From assembly GCF_000150275.1 (NCBI RefSeq), contig NW_002060959.1:370371-434370 (forward strand): a stretch of DNA of 64,000 nucleotides. The letters are read 5' to 3'. Within the stretch, counting starts at the first letter, position 1. Each line of letters begins with the position of its first letter. The notes beneath the pieces are model-generated. The model had not been told where the DNA came from. It saw only the letters and a program-made list of their open reading frames with translations, and made no database searches. Below, piece after piece: positions 1 through 13,912 of the stretch. Source of the stretch: Trichoplax adhaerens (Eukaryota; Animalia; Placozoa). Both the position numbers and the translations under genes were made by a program.

Positions 1-128
1 TCTGACGTTAGTACTGTATTGCTATCGAGATTGGCCAGTGACCGAGTAAATTATTCGGCCAAAAGTATTTATACGTCATCATTTCTCTCTATCCAATTCA
101 TTTAGGGTCAAAGTTTACCTTATCCACC

Positions 129-3100
129 ATGGCTTTCAAGCGCATTTCTTGGTCAGTTGTCATCACCTTGATATTAGGAACTTGGTTAAAAATTGGTGCG
201 GCAGAAACGGAACCCATTGATAGTAAATTCATTGATGGCATGATTGAAAGTTTGCAAGATGCTCTTGCTTACTATAAGCGAGATCTTCCTGATCTAATTG
301 TCGATACTGCCTTTTGCCTATTTCATACCAAAGGTAATTGACAGTTTTACTTCACTAAAGTAGTCCAAGATGGATCAATTTAATGACATACCAACAACTG
401 TAGTGAGAAAGAACATTTTTTTCAGCTGTCATTAATTCTTATGGTAGAAATATAATATTTTCCTTAGCTAATGACTTGATCCTTCAATCATATTTGTTGG
501 TCATTTCGACTTTCTGTTCAGTTTATTTTGATCCCTTGATCCATGACTATCTCATATCTTATTTATTTATTTTTTCTCATTCCGTTGGAGATCAATTATA
601 ATTATGAATCTCGATCGATAAATATATCTACTGCCTTTCTTATTACTTGAAATTGTTTTCTATTTTTTTGGACAATGAAACAGAAATATTAAATGAAAGG
701 ATTGCCCATCAGCTATAGTGTATTTCATGGAAAAATTTAGAAATCCCCTTCATTAACTCATCATTGTTGCACTTTTCATAGCATATACTGTAAAATAACA
801 TTCGTCTGCAAATGGTAATATTGATTTATATATTTTTTTGCAAACAGAGATATTACAGGCGACGTTGGATGAAAGTGCTGCTGGCGAAACTATTTTAAAC
901 GACGATCAAGTAGAAAATATACGCGATGCCTTATTTGACACCGACGAAGTTTTACAAGTAACCATTCCCAACATGAACTATAGTACAGAAGATATAACTC
1001 ATTATGCTAAGTTATATTCGATGCCTATGGCAATACCACAAAATATCTACTACCTCAATGGCACTTCCAAAGCGTCATTGAATCATTCACATTCTACCGA
1101 TAATATATCCGATCAATGTGTATGGGAGCTAATAGGCAGTTGGCCTACGTTAGATTCCAATCCTTGCCAAATCTCAGGTAAAGTAAAATGGACTTGCAGA
1201 AACGCTTCGCAATACAGACTAGATGTCTCCGCAGTTGGCATTACTATAATTTTAATTTCAAATACGGCTTTTACTCTAAAGTTAGTGTACCATTATCGTA
1301 TAGTATAGAAGATATATAAAAGAGAACGTTATTCTATTCGAATATTTAACCTGTACATTAAAATATTAGGGAGACCGACAGCGACGCAGTGGGATTATAC
1401 GCTAGAATAATTTAATTTGAAAAAATGTTGATAATATCACACAGCAAGCAGTACGTATTAATCCTGTTGTGCACCGCCGGGTTATGACCATATTAAGTCG
1501 AAATTTCTTATCAAAGCTAGAAAAACACTTCTAGGAGATTAACATACCGTAAATACAGTTATTTGCTAACAGTGGAGAGTCTTTGTAATAAAATTGAGAA
1601 ATAGTATAGTCATTGACCGAAGAAATAACCGCCATATAATAGGTTTTACGCTATTTTCTAGTCTTGAACCATTAGGAAAGGTATCGGAGTAAATATTCAT
1701 AATGGTATTCGAAGTAATTTATTATTATTTAAAGTCAGTCTCCTGGGAAATAATATTGTCGTTAGTGAGTTTAATTTGCAATGGAAAAATTATTATGAAA
1801 GAAATGCTTTTTCGATATTCATTCATGATTATTTCCATCTCGTTATATCACAATATTTGGCTGATAGATAATTGTTGGCGATTTGTAACCCACTTAAGCG
1901 GCAAGCCATTTTTGATCAATCATCAACTCTTAGCACTTGCAGTAGCTCGCCAGTTTAATTGTCAATCATCATTACAGAAGAAATTTGTTCAATTTGGTGG
2001 TCTACGAGGTTTACAAAATATGTTGTGTAGTCATGTGCATCGTACAATGCTTCAAATCTTGAAATCGGGTTTCAATCATCATGTGGAGAAAGATTTATTC
2101 TTAGAACAAATTTATGTATGTGGAACACTACATGGTTTCGTTGAATTTTTCCGATTGGAATATATCAAGACCATTATGAGCTGGCAGTTGGAAAGTGGTT
2201 GCTTTACATCTAATCATAGTGACAAAGATGTAACAGATCTCAGGTATGAAGAGACTCATCTACCGTTGTAGTCCTACGCTACCAACTTCATGTTGCCATA
2301 GGCAATATACTCAATCGAGCATCGTGTACGATGCACAGTCATTCTATGCGATACCCAATTTGCTATGCAAACTATCGAATCGTGAATATTTTGGCATCGT
2401 ATACGCTGTGCTGTTAAAATACTTATGAACTATTGCAATTAAAGATACTAACCTATTCGATACGTACATAATTCAAAAGTAACATAAATAGACGCAGTTA
2501 TTGGATATCTACACCTATATATATGTGTTTTTGCGTCATAATTTATATTTCTACATACATGATATATGTTATATGCATCTTTACATGGCTCAATGAAGTC
2601 ATTCCAATACTTTATATCTTATAATATATCTGGAAGATCAATATAATGTTCTACCAATGATTTGGGTGAAAATTGAAATAGCTTTGTGATTCTCAAATTG
2701 TTTACCAGTAGAGATCAAAATAGTACTGCTATGATAATAATGCTTATTTAAGTTGTAATAAGTACATGATGATAAAGCTTTAATTAGCTCGTTGTATATC
2801 ACTTTGATACGAATTTTTAATTATTCTCGGTAGCTCGATAAGTGAATTTATCGTATTTACAAGATTAATTTAGTTTCTACATAATTTTTTTATTTACAGC
2901 AATTCACAGACAGAAGTGAGCATTCTATTGGAAAATCGTCCAGAAACAAAGTTACCGGGTGAATTGAGCAACAGTACTTTGGTTAACACATAATCGATTA
3001 GAAAGTTAATTAGGACTGGCATATGCTGTGCATTTACAATTCTTATGATTGCCTTACTGTGAATTTGCTGCTTTTATATTCGATTTTAACCATATCTAAG

Positions 3101-3422
3101 ATTTTTTGTTTTATACTACTAATATTTAAATTTTAATATTATTCTAGATGGTTGTTACCAACATATGTCTGCTTTAGCGACAAGCAATATTGCGGCCTAC
3201 ATTAGATGGTCATCGTCGAAATCTCGTCGCGAAGTAAAAACTACACCTACTCCTCACCCTGAATCTAAGTCTTTACCTTTTAGTGTAATGATCGCAATCA
3301 TTAGCGTTGGAGCAGTTATAGCTTGTATCTTAGTAATTGGAATCGGCTACTATGCATATCTAAAGAGTCCAGGGCGAAGTGGTTACTTAAGGATAAAATT
3401 AGAAGATGATAAAATGAAATAA
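129..3422 (+). CDS. C16orf89/UPF0764-like protein with signal peptide and C-terminal TM helix; exons 129-333, 848-1177, 1868-2243, 2900-2958, 3148-3422
   Basis: GT-AG introns with compatible phases join four track ORFs plus one small exon. N-terminal signal peptide. Motifs HQLL, DLFLEQ..CG..GF.EFF, MSWQ..GCF and DGC..H match my recollection of C16orf89. Hydrophobic stretch VMIAIISVGAVIACILVIGIGYYAYL near the C-terminus. Confidence 0.8.
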
Positions 3423-3618
3423 ATGCATATTAGAATAAAAATTATTTTCAATCTGATATACTAAATTTACACGCGTATAGCTAACACTGTGTTGTATTTT
3501 AAGGTTTAAAATGATCTAAAGTTGATATGTTGATATTTTTTTAATACAGAATTTCGTTGCATAAAACCAATAAACGAAGTCTGTATTAAGAATGTCAAGA
3601 AAATGTTACATTTAATAT

Positions 3619-4192
3619 TTAAACCCACGTTTGCTAACTGTAAATAGTTTTAATGCGAGTAGGTATTTAGGTTCATCGCTTCCTGAATTAGTGATCAACT
3701 TACCTACTAATACTTAATTTGAAAGCATTTTCTAAGTCTTTTAATTGTTATCTTAACATGTAAAAGTACTCATTTAGCCATTTATTACAAGATTAATTAG
3801 CCTGGGTCCTTTTATCCCCAGGTATTTAGTAATTAAGTAATTCTTTATAGTCAGAAGACGTGACATATGAATCTTCATCACCATTCTTCTCCTATAGCCC
3901 ATGACCTTTGCCACGTCGATATCGTAGTACAATTGCTTCAAATCGACTAGTATTCCAAGTGTACAGAGGATCATATAAGAGTACTTTCAAACATCTTCAA
4001 CTGCAGTTACTATTTCATATTGTTAATTTCATGCCACTGATAATAACAGAAATTTCTTCAATTATCGGTTTAGGAAGCGTTTCAGTTAATTAATAAAGGA
4101 GTAAAACTATTATGATCAGGTGCCGAATTTTAGTCATTGCATAGATTATAATTAGTAATATGAGCTAATTTTCTGAAACATGAATCTATTAA
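3619..4192 (-). pseudogene. ATM: Decayed 3' fragment of ATM kinase (end of PIKK domain plus FATC)
   Basis: Minus-strand manual translation: LIDSC..LAHI ... TETLP ... VTAVEDV ... VLLYDPLYTW ... SCNK/MAK*VLLHVK..LKDLE..LSI..*V/LIQEAMN ... LF.S*QTWV*. This is colinear with ATM VLLYDPLFDW ... SFNKVAERVLMRL..KLKGVE..LSV.GQVNLLIQQAID ... LFPGWKAWV*. Multiple stops and frameshifts. Support is strong for 3619-3990 and weaker for 3990-4192. Confidence 0.8.
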
Positions 4193-5467
4193 CTTGCGAA
4201 TTTTATATGCTCATTGGGTGAAGTTAGCGAAAGCTCCTATTTTCTTAAGTGTGTTACAGTTCACCTCTCATTATTTGATTTAATTAAAATCGGCGTATCG
4301 AAATGTTTTACGTTGATATTATGGACAGCATTTATACCTCAGAATTGATTACCATTAAAAAATCAGCATGATCAAGCCGAAACTTTTTAGCTGCTTTACT
4401 CCATGATTGGACATATGAAATAATACTGTATATACGTATCACGTACGGTGTAATAAATTTGTGCTCGATAGCAAACATCAAAAGCACAAACAAGAGAGCT
4501 TTTTCGATTAAAAAAAATTTAATATTTTTTATTCTACAACTTTAGGAGAATTAGAAATAGGAATTCATGTTCACTTACATTGTTATTCACTAGTGAATAT
4601 CATAAATTTCATACAATAAGATAAGCTGAATGTAACTATTTTAGCTGAAAAAAAATGGAATTTAATCTTTATGATACTTGCTAGGATGAAATTATTAGAC
4701 TAATGTTCATGGAAAAAATTCTACGCCTGGTCAAGATATATATCTTATATCAGAATAACGTAAAATTTTATTAATGCGTACATGACACATCATAGACCAC
4801 TACGTATTTTTGAGTAGCCCATGATTACATTTATTTTCCAGTAATTATATTTTAATTGTAAAATTATTCGATTACAGCTTTTTTTTCCGGTAAAACATAC
4901 GTGTCCTCGAGCTCAAACATTTGTAAGAGAAATGCATTTTAAAATTTCAGGTGTATATCAGAACTAAAAGTATTAGCTTAGAGTGAAAAACTCCGACATA
5001 ATCGATATGTTGTTGTGAAGTAAATAGATTTCTATAAATTATATGATGAGTCAATCTTACAATTCAATTGTGAGTAAATGATAAAGCATAAAGTAAAATA
5101 AATGATACAAGTATAGTATAGTGTACGAAGTATAGCGAACAAGGTATCTACCTCTTATATGAATAAAAGAGGTACGGTAACTAATACACAAATCAATTGG
5201 AAAGAAAATAGTTGCAAGAATAACGATAGCAATCTTGCAATAGATCAGGCAATTTACTAGAAACACTTTGACCCTTTAATAAGGGCTTTATTTAAAGTTA
5301 AGAAATTGTTTCAGAACCACTCTAAACTTAAGAGTGGGCAAGAAAAGAGTAATTAAAGACTGAAATTCATCTTCGATACTTATGGACTTTCTAAGATATA
5401 TAGCTAATCTTATTCAATTTTTAAGTTATATTTATTCAAGTTCTAATCGTATTTTAGCCCTGCCAAT

Positions 5468-5503
5468 CTGGATATTTATCAAAAGACTGCGATAAATATC
5501 CAG
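5468..5503. repeat. Perfect 13-bp stem hairpin with 10-nt loop
   Basis: CTGGATATTTATC (5468-5480) and GATAAATATCCAG (5491-5503) are exact reverse complements. Confidence 0.8.
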
Positions 5504-6064
5504 GAATTGGATAACTTTACAACATCTCCTTAAATAATGAGAATTTATAACGTGATCGACTTAAATTATTAGCTTACGAAAGAATATGAACTATCAATCA
5601 CTAGTTATTACCGGAAGTGATCCTAATGAGAAACAAAATTTAATGACGAATTATGCGTTATCTAGCAGTTTTACTTAGTTTCTGGATTAAGTAGCAGTAA
5701 TATTAGTCTGCATGTTATTCAGGAAAATATAGTAATGACCCTGTATGAGGATTCCACAATCAAGCTGTAATTGGCATTGCTAAACTAAAAGTAAAAATTA
5801 TCAAATAAAGAAACAAGGAAGCTAGGATCTTGCTTTCTTTGACTAGTCAATATTTAAAAGCTGTTGTTAGAGAGCGCTTTAAATTGTAGCCTATAAGTGC
5901 ACTACGAAGTCGGGTGGTTGCTTATTTACAAGAGCCGGCAGTTATAGATAAATTTCGAAATTTTTTTTCTAATTTCATCTCAGTTTTTAGAGCAATACAA
6001 AAAGTATCTTAACACTAATAGAAAATTTTTTGACGCATTTTCCGAGTATCAATTTAGCAGCAAA

Positions 6065-9000
6065 ATGAAAAATGAAAATATTCAATCTCTACGCCAACTG
6101 GGATACAAGGCTTTACGATTAGGACACTATTGCCAAGCTCAGAGCCATTACATTGCTGCCCTTAATATCATTAATAGCTTAAAGACTGATCGTATCGTCG
6201 ATAAAGAATTAGAATGTGATCTTTATCTTGATGTTTCCATAGTATTAGCGAAACAACTTCATTTACTTCAAGCTCTTGAATATTGTCAACGATCGCAAAA
6301 ATTAGCTGGAGCAATAAATGATCAATATCGCTTAGCTAAATTGTTGGATAACCAAGGTAATATTAATAGGTTACAGGAATTATTTCAAAAAGCACTAGAC
6401 AGTTACCGTGCAGCTCTTAAATTAAAATTAAAACTATGTAAGAGCTCCAATTTAGATATTACAGATACATTTTACGGCCTAGGACGCGTATATTATGATC
6501 AATCTAAATTTAACGATGCTTTATGTATGTATCAAAAGGCTAAAGATATTCGATTACAGATATTAGGTGATGATAATCTAGAAATTGCTGAATTATATTA
6601 TAGCATTGGTAATGTTTTAGCTCAGCAGCGGAAAGATGAAGAAGCATTATCTATGCATAAGAAATCTCTAAACATTCGCATAAAATTACTAGAGAAGAAG
6701 GATTTAGAGATCGCCACATCGTATCAAATGATCGGTTTAGTATATATGAATCAACGCAAAATAGATGATGCTTTACTAGCTTATCAACAGGCTTTGGATA
6801 TTCGAATTGAAATGAAGAATGATAGCTGTGTAGAAATTGCTGAATCTCAAGTTAGCCTTGGTGATATTTATTATGAGCGAAGTCAATATAAAGATGCTGA
6901 GGCAAAATATCGCATTGCCTTGGGCATTTATACCAAATTATTACACGAGGATAATCAAAATCTTTATATGGCTAGACTATTCAATAAAATTGGCAATATA
7001 TTCTTTTGCCAATATCAGTTCAAAGAGGCATTATCATCGTATCAAAAGTCTCTTAATATTCGATTACATGTGCTAGGAAAGACTTCCTTAGATGTATCAG
7101 ATTCATACGAAAAAATTGGTTGCCTCTACATTAAGCAAGTAAATTTCACTGATGGATTATCGATGTTGTACAAAAGTTTAAGCATTAGATCGGAAATAGT
7201 AGGTAATGATAGTCTGCAAGTTGCGGATTCCTACTTTAATTTTGGAGCTACTTATTACAAAGAAGAAAAGTTTACTGATGCCCTGACTATGTTTCAAAAA
7301 TGCGTCGATATTCAAATTAAAACATATCGAGAGCTTACTTTCGATATCACTACTGTCAATCACGCAATCGCTACAGTGCTTACTGGCCAAGGTAATTATG
7401 AAGATGCCTTGGCATTACATACAAAATGTTTAAATTTTCGATTGAATAAATTAGGTGAAAGCCATCTTGAAGTAGCTTTATCATATGACAAGATTGGCGA
7501 TGTTTATTGTCATCAATTAAAGTATATAGAAGCTATGTCCATGTATCGAAAGTCTTTAAACATTCGTCTGGCTCAATTAGGAGAAAATAATTTAATTATT
7601 GCTGAATCATACGATAACATAGGCAAAATTCATGAATGCCAACATGATTATGATTCGGCATTATCTATATATGAGAAGTCTTTAACTATACGTTTGGAAA
7701 TGTTAGGAAAACATAATTTGCTGGTTTCAAAATCCTATGACGATATTGGCAATGTCTGTCGGTTATTATATCATTATCCAAAAGCTATAACTGCATTTCA
7801 ACAATCACTCAATATTCAAAGTAAAGTTTTAGGGAAGGACAAAAGCGCGTGTAAAAATGCCAAGGTTTCTCCATCTGGTAGTGGAAATGAAGACTTGGGT
7901 AAAAAGCTAACCTCAATGCATGAAGTTATCGCATCAACTCTACGAATGATTAGGTTACAATTGATCGATGTTGATAACATAGGCATCTATCGATCTTATC
8001 GTAATTTTGGGGTGGTTCGCTTAGCTGGAACTAAATATGAGAACAGTTTATGCCTGTTTCAAAAATCACGAAATGTTCGATACCAAATATGGGGAAAAAA
8101 CCGTCAACATTATTATCTTTCGTGCCGGCTTGAAAAAAATGATGATCATTCGCGCACAGAATATCCTAACACTCTTTCTCAATATCAAAGAGCATTGCAA
8201 ACACTATTAAAGAACATTGAACATGTTGATGTATCTGTGGCTAATTCATGCGATTACCTCGGTAACATTTGTGAGAATATCTATCGATGTACGGATGCTT
8301 TATCATTATATCAAAAATCGCTTGAAATTCGCCAGCAAATATTCGGAGAAAATCATAATTTAGTAGCTAATTCGTATGACAATATTGGATGCATCTATTG
8401 CAATCTATCTAAGTATGAAGAAGCCATAGGCATGTTTAATTTCTCTTTGCGTATTCGACAGAAAAAATTAACAAATATTAATAATATGCGAATAGCTGAG
8501 TGCTACGGAAATATTGCTCACGTAAAGTTTATTTCGTTTTGTTACAAAGATTCTCTTACCATGTTTGAAAAATTCTTGGAAATTATGTCAACCGTACTTG
8601 ATGGACACCATATCAGTACAGCTGATGTCTATAATAATATCGGAGTAATAAAATATCATCTATCAGATTGTACGGAAGCATTAAAGGATTATCAAGCTTC
8701 GCTAGACATTCGTTTAGCATTACTTGGCAGTAATCATCGATATGTTGCAGATTCATATTATAATATTGGCATGGCTTATAGATATGAGCGCCATTATGAT
8801 AAAGCGATAGAATCACTTCAGAAATCGGTCAATATTTACACACAGTCTTTAAGACCTAATCATAGGCAAATTGTCGATGTTCGCCGTATCATTAAAATAA
8901 TGAATCGTAAATATTCTCCAAAAACATCAAAATCTAAACTGAATATCATATCCAAATTTGTTGGTAATAATGCTCGTCAGCATTACCAAGATTTATCCTC

Positions 9001-10499
9001 GACTATTCAATCTTCGGTGCAACAAGCTGATAATTTTCCAGGTAAGGACAATTAATGGCATAATTTATAATACAAGCATGATTTGATTTATGTAAAGTAA
9101 TTTTTTATGTCATGATACTGAATTTTAACTTTACTGAAAATGATAGAAAATGAAAACATAACGTCTTCCAATATTAATGAGTCAAATGCTAGCCAAGCCG
9201 AAGATGGCAAGTAGATATACTGTAACTTACTCTTAAAACCTTTTCTTATAAACTAGCACAAAATTTATTTCCCGGTAAGTCCAATGTGTGGGCATATAAC
9301 TCAAAAACGATTAATAAGAACAAAATAATTTTTTTGCAGATGAAATTAAGCAATCAACAGTGAATGGAGAACATACGGTAAGCAATACAATTGCTGTAAG
9401 GCATGATTAATTGATTATTGAATAACATACTGTTAGGCATTCAATCCCTTTAATGTAACTAGGAAAAAATCATACTGTAGTGTTACTGTCCCTAGAAAGA
9501 TGAATTTTATTATTTTGAGTGAGTAATTCCCTATAATGGCAGGCAGAAAGCAGTTTACCGTAAATATGCTTCTGAGGATAATACCGACAGGCTAAAATTT
9601 TTAGGAAATTTACTACAATTCCGGCATATTCTAGTTTTGTTATTACTAGACCAGTTTAAAGCTGTTATGAATCTACTAAAAGTAATAAGTATGCTTCTTT
9701 ATATTGTTTTGTAGAAGGTACCAGTATATAATATCTTACTGTATCTCAATCATGTTTATGTAAAACAGCTATGTGCATAATTGAATTAAATATGATACAG
9801 TCTATAAGTGCTTAGCCTTATTTAATCTAGGACAGCAAACTACTTCCGAATTGTTAACATATCTTGCTTTACAATATCATAATTTATAGATATTTCGATA
9901 CGCTGGTTATTTATTAGTGCTATTTGTGGTGCCTTATTCGCATGTTAAGCTATCCTAAGACAGACTTATATACTAAGACAAAATTGCAAATAACAACCGG
10001 CACTTTAATCGCAGAGCAGTAGTCATCATGCTATAAATCCATTCAATATTCTTTCGCAAGCTTTGAGCTTTATCCTCTTCGCAATAATAGAAGCGCTTAG
10101 TAAAACCTTACACAATTCATGATGCCAGGGTAGGTTAAACCTACTAACGCACTCATATTTAAAGAAAACGATCGAAAATAGAAGGATAAATTATTATAGT
10201 CTAAGATTTCAAAGGCGAAGTTATAAAAAATTCGTTATTCGTCTTGTTCTGTACTTATAAACATTATAGCAATACATTGACCTATGATAAATTTCTTTCT
10301 CATAACAATATTTACTCCAATTTAGATGATTTTAATTTAATTTGATTTAAAAGTAGTATTGCTAATTGAAAGGTAATTTCTGCTATAATATACGATTTTT
10401 AGTAGTATATCAAATGCCTGAAATTAGTTTTTATTCATAAATTATCTCTTTTAGGACTCCATAAACGATCAAAGTTCCAAAATATGTGTTATACTATAG
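6065..10499 (+). CDS. TPR protein 1 (42-aa KLC/NPHP3-type TPR array) with spliced CaaX tail; exons 6065-9041, 9147-9206, 9340-9377, 10455-10499
   Basis: 996-aa ORF with repeats of A.SY.NIG..Y..Q.KY..AL..YQKSL.IR...LG. Donor CAG|GTAAGG at 9041/9042. Tail exons encode ENENITSSNINESNASQAED / DEIKQSTVNGEHT / DSINDQSSKICVIL*. The last two exon sizes (38 and 45 nt) and phases match TPR3. Confidence 0.85.
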
Positions 10500-13350
10500 A
10501 TGACTGATGATCGGAGCATGAAATATGAAAGAATTTGAGGATAATATTACGTCCTTGGTAATATTCGCGTATACTTTCTTAATATTAATGATTTAATCAA
10601 TGGTATTTGAATGCGCTGAAGGTATCCGATAATGTGATCTAAATTTTAACCTAATTTAATTCAATCTTATTAGTGTTGGTAAAATTGTTACAAACAATGA
10701 ATAGATCTTTTTATGGAATAGTAAGGTACTTTATATCAATGCCGCAGCGCATATGATATAACAATAAGTAATGGCATCTATAATAATAGTTATAAACATG
10801 TAATTGATTGGCTATAGTTAGTAAATATAAAGAGTGATACTATAATGCAAAGTAAAAAGTACGAGTACGTAGAGTGCACCAAATATTACGAACGTGGGTT
10901 CGATTACTATTATGTAAACTTGGTGTCTTAATAGGTTCAAACAAGAAAATATTCTTTATATCCTTGATTTCGATCAAAGATGCATCTCTTGTATTAATAT
11001 TATTTCTTCTTTTAGTAATTGTATATTTTAATGCACCATAATCTCATATAAGAGATATTTAATTAAATTAATAAAATATAAATTATTAAAAATGGTTAAG
11101 AAATGGTTATTTCTGTCAACAAATTTTAATGAACATAATGGTATATAATTTAATGATAGCGAATTTAAGACATGATATAACGCGCTAATTCCGATAAATT
11201 TAACAATGAGAAATAGCCGTATAGACAACTGATGAGAAATTAAGATTGACACTTTACGTCCTCAATACTCTATTAAATGCAATACAATTTATTTTTATTT
11301 TTACTGGCAGTTAAGTTCGGAAAGCTTTGCTTTAAAACATATTTTAACTTTCAGCATCCATAAAATAAGCTACTGCTTTATTAAAACTCTAATTAATTTG
11401 CAAAATGGGAGTAGCTGAACAATTCTAGCATGTGTGTTGGCGTTTCTTTGAACTAAAACCGCATTCTGCATAAAGAAAATAATAATAATAGTTATCATTT
11501 AAATAGCTCTTGTATGATGGTTGTCACGCAAGAATAACTACCGATATCTTATAATTATCGTAAAGGAATAAGCTACCAAAGGATTCTAGTAAATATACCG
11601 ATTAAACTATAATGCGGCTTTAATTACACTAATAGACTTTGTTATTGAAGTTTACAATAATTTAGCTTATTATTATAGCTTACTCATTACTTAAAAATGA
11701 ATGGTAATTCAATTTAGTTAAAATAAAGCTATTTCAGTTTAAGGCATCTATAGTGAATCACCAAATTACCTCAATAATAGATTGGCCTCACCATTAGATA
11801 AAAGTAAAACATAGTCATAGCAAATTAAGCCAGCTAGATAAGTAATTATTGCTTTTATTTATAAATTTTGAGCAAGTAAAAAGAATATAGGCTATGAAAA
11901 TCTCGATTTGCATTTGTATTTTTAACCAGTAAAAACGAAAAGCTGATTGAATTGTTACGGATGGTAAAGTCTAAAACATTGTGGTACAGAAATGCAGTTT
12001 ATGAAGCTTGTAAAATATTTCAGAATTTAAAGCTTCTAGTCTAGTAATGAATTTCTTTTAGGATCAGTAGCTCTTATCTGTCAATATGTACCTTAATATC
12101 TTTTCTACAATACGTTGAGATATTTTATGTAATTCATTCAAAATTTCTAGAAAATTACCTACACGAATACAATAAAGAATGTTATTTTATCTAGTATTTC
12201 TTTTGCTCGATGGCGGTAAAAACACATCTGCTGTAATTGTTGAAGTCTAGAAATAAATTAAATGGCATTAACTATGAGTTTGTTATCAAACTGGTAAACC
12301 CAAATACTTACATGATTAGGCGTAAATATAACAGGAAACATATTAGAAAATGGAAATATTTCTATAAGTAACAGTGGTTTTGATAGATATGATTACTGTA
12401 GAGCGGCCCCAAAGTTAGTTGATAATTGGAGTTATAAGATTTACGAAAATAGTTCAAGTTATACGTTTAATTTTAAGATTATGCAAGTACCTATTTCTAC
12501 ATTATATTAACGATACTCATTATCGCTGTTTTGCCGCAATGAATATATTAGGAATTTTAAATAATATTAGATAGTAATCAATAATTACCACCAAAAATTC
12601 ACTGCGAATTAAAAACCATGGTTAATTGTAGATCATGTGATACTAATAGACGTAATCAATTTAAACGTAAAAAATCTATACCATCAAATAGAATCAAAGT
12701 AAATTAAAAATTGGATTGATCTTTTATATAGATCAGTATCATTATAAGGTAAATTATTTCACCTAAACATGATTTAATGTTAAAAAGAAGCTGGTAATGG
12801 GGTTAGATACTTACAGCGGTGAATTTTGAGAGTGTAATAGTAATATAATGTAGCACTATGATGTACAATAGCTTTTTTTTTAAATATTTATAGGAGATGG
12901 CTGTTATGATGAAACAGTATATTTGTACTATTCAAAGTATTAAAAGTGCGTAACCAACAGCCATATAAAATTCTATTTTTGAGCAATATAATAAATATAA
13001 ATCTTAACTATACGTAGAACATTTTTGGAGGAATATAGAAAGGAATTTTGAAAAAATTGAACAGAATTATTGTGAAAAGTCTATAAAATTGATTATTCGG
13101 TTTATCTTCGCCACTTTCAATGGTTCTTATGAGAGTAAATAAGTGAATTCTTTTCTTACAGACGGATTCCAATAAATGTTATCTTTAAGTTAAAGGTGAA
13201 GTTGGCTATACGTGTCATATTGAAGATTTGCTCCATTTTAATAACTTGAATTTTGAGTTGGAGAAAATGCGGCCCTAAGGGATAAATAACCCGAAACATT
13301 TCATATTTAACTAAGCGGAATAAAAGTAAGCAATTCGCTTTGTATGCCTC

Positions 13351-13912
13351 TGTAATGTAACTAGTATTGTGATTGTAGACTGTTAGCCATGTTTAGTATA
13401 ATGTACGGTAGATATTTATCCTAAGAGATATTTGGTAGCTATAACTATAGACTGTAGTGGTATAGACTCTATGCTAGAGTACAGATGACTATATACAGTA
13501 ACGTGTTATTAATTAATTAAGTTACTAATAAGGCTATAGGTAAAAATAGAACTGTAAATCATATATTAGGATATGGTTAATTCATCGTACTTTGGCTAGT
13601 GTGAATAATGTCTACGTAAGTACTGTAGTCGTATCCATATTGGATTAATGATGGTCCACGGTAGAATAGTCTTACTAAGAATAATTTAACTATGTGTAAA
13701 ATAAGGTAAAAGGTTGCCATGTGGATTGTAGCTGCGAATGCTACGAAAAGTATAAAAGCATGCAACTCTAGATTACTCTGTTAGTTCATTCTAGAAGTCT
13801 TTAGTATTAGTATTCGGCTAGAGTAGAGCTGTGTGTAGTTAATCCTTATATAAGATTCAATAAAGCCCTAATTTTTCTAAAATTTGGAATCTCGTGATTG
13901 GTATATATCACA
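13351..13912 (+). mobile_element. Solo LTR, family A (copy A1)
   Basis: Termini TGTAAT...ATCACA; perfect 5-bp TSD GCCTC (13346-50 and 13913-17); TATAAAAG at 13751 and AATAAA at 13859. Homologous to 20310-20866 in reverse orientation. Confidence 0.92.

Noticed and set aside
5008-5265. LTR-like composition on the minus strand
   Set aside because: No matching TG..CA ends with a TSD and no second copy in the window.
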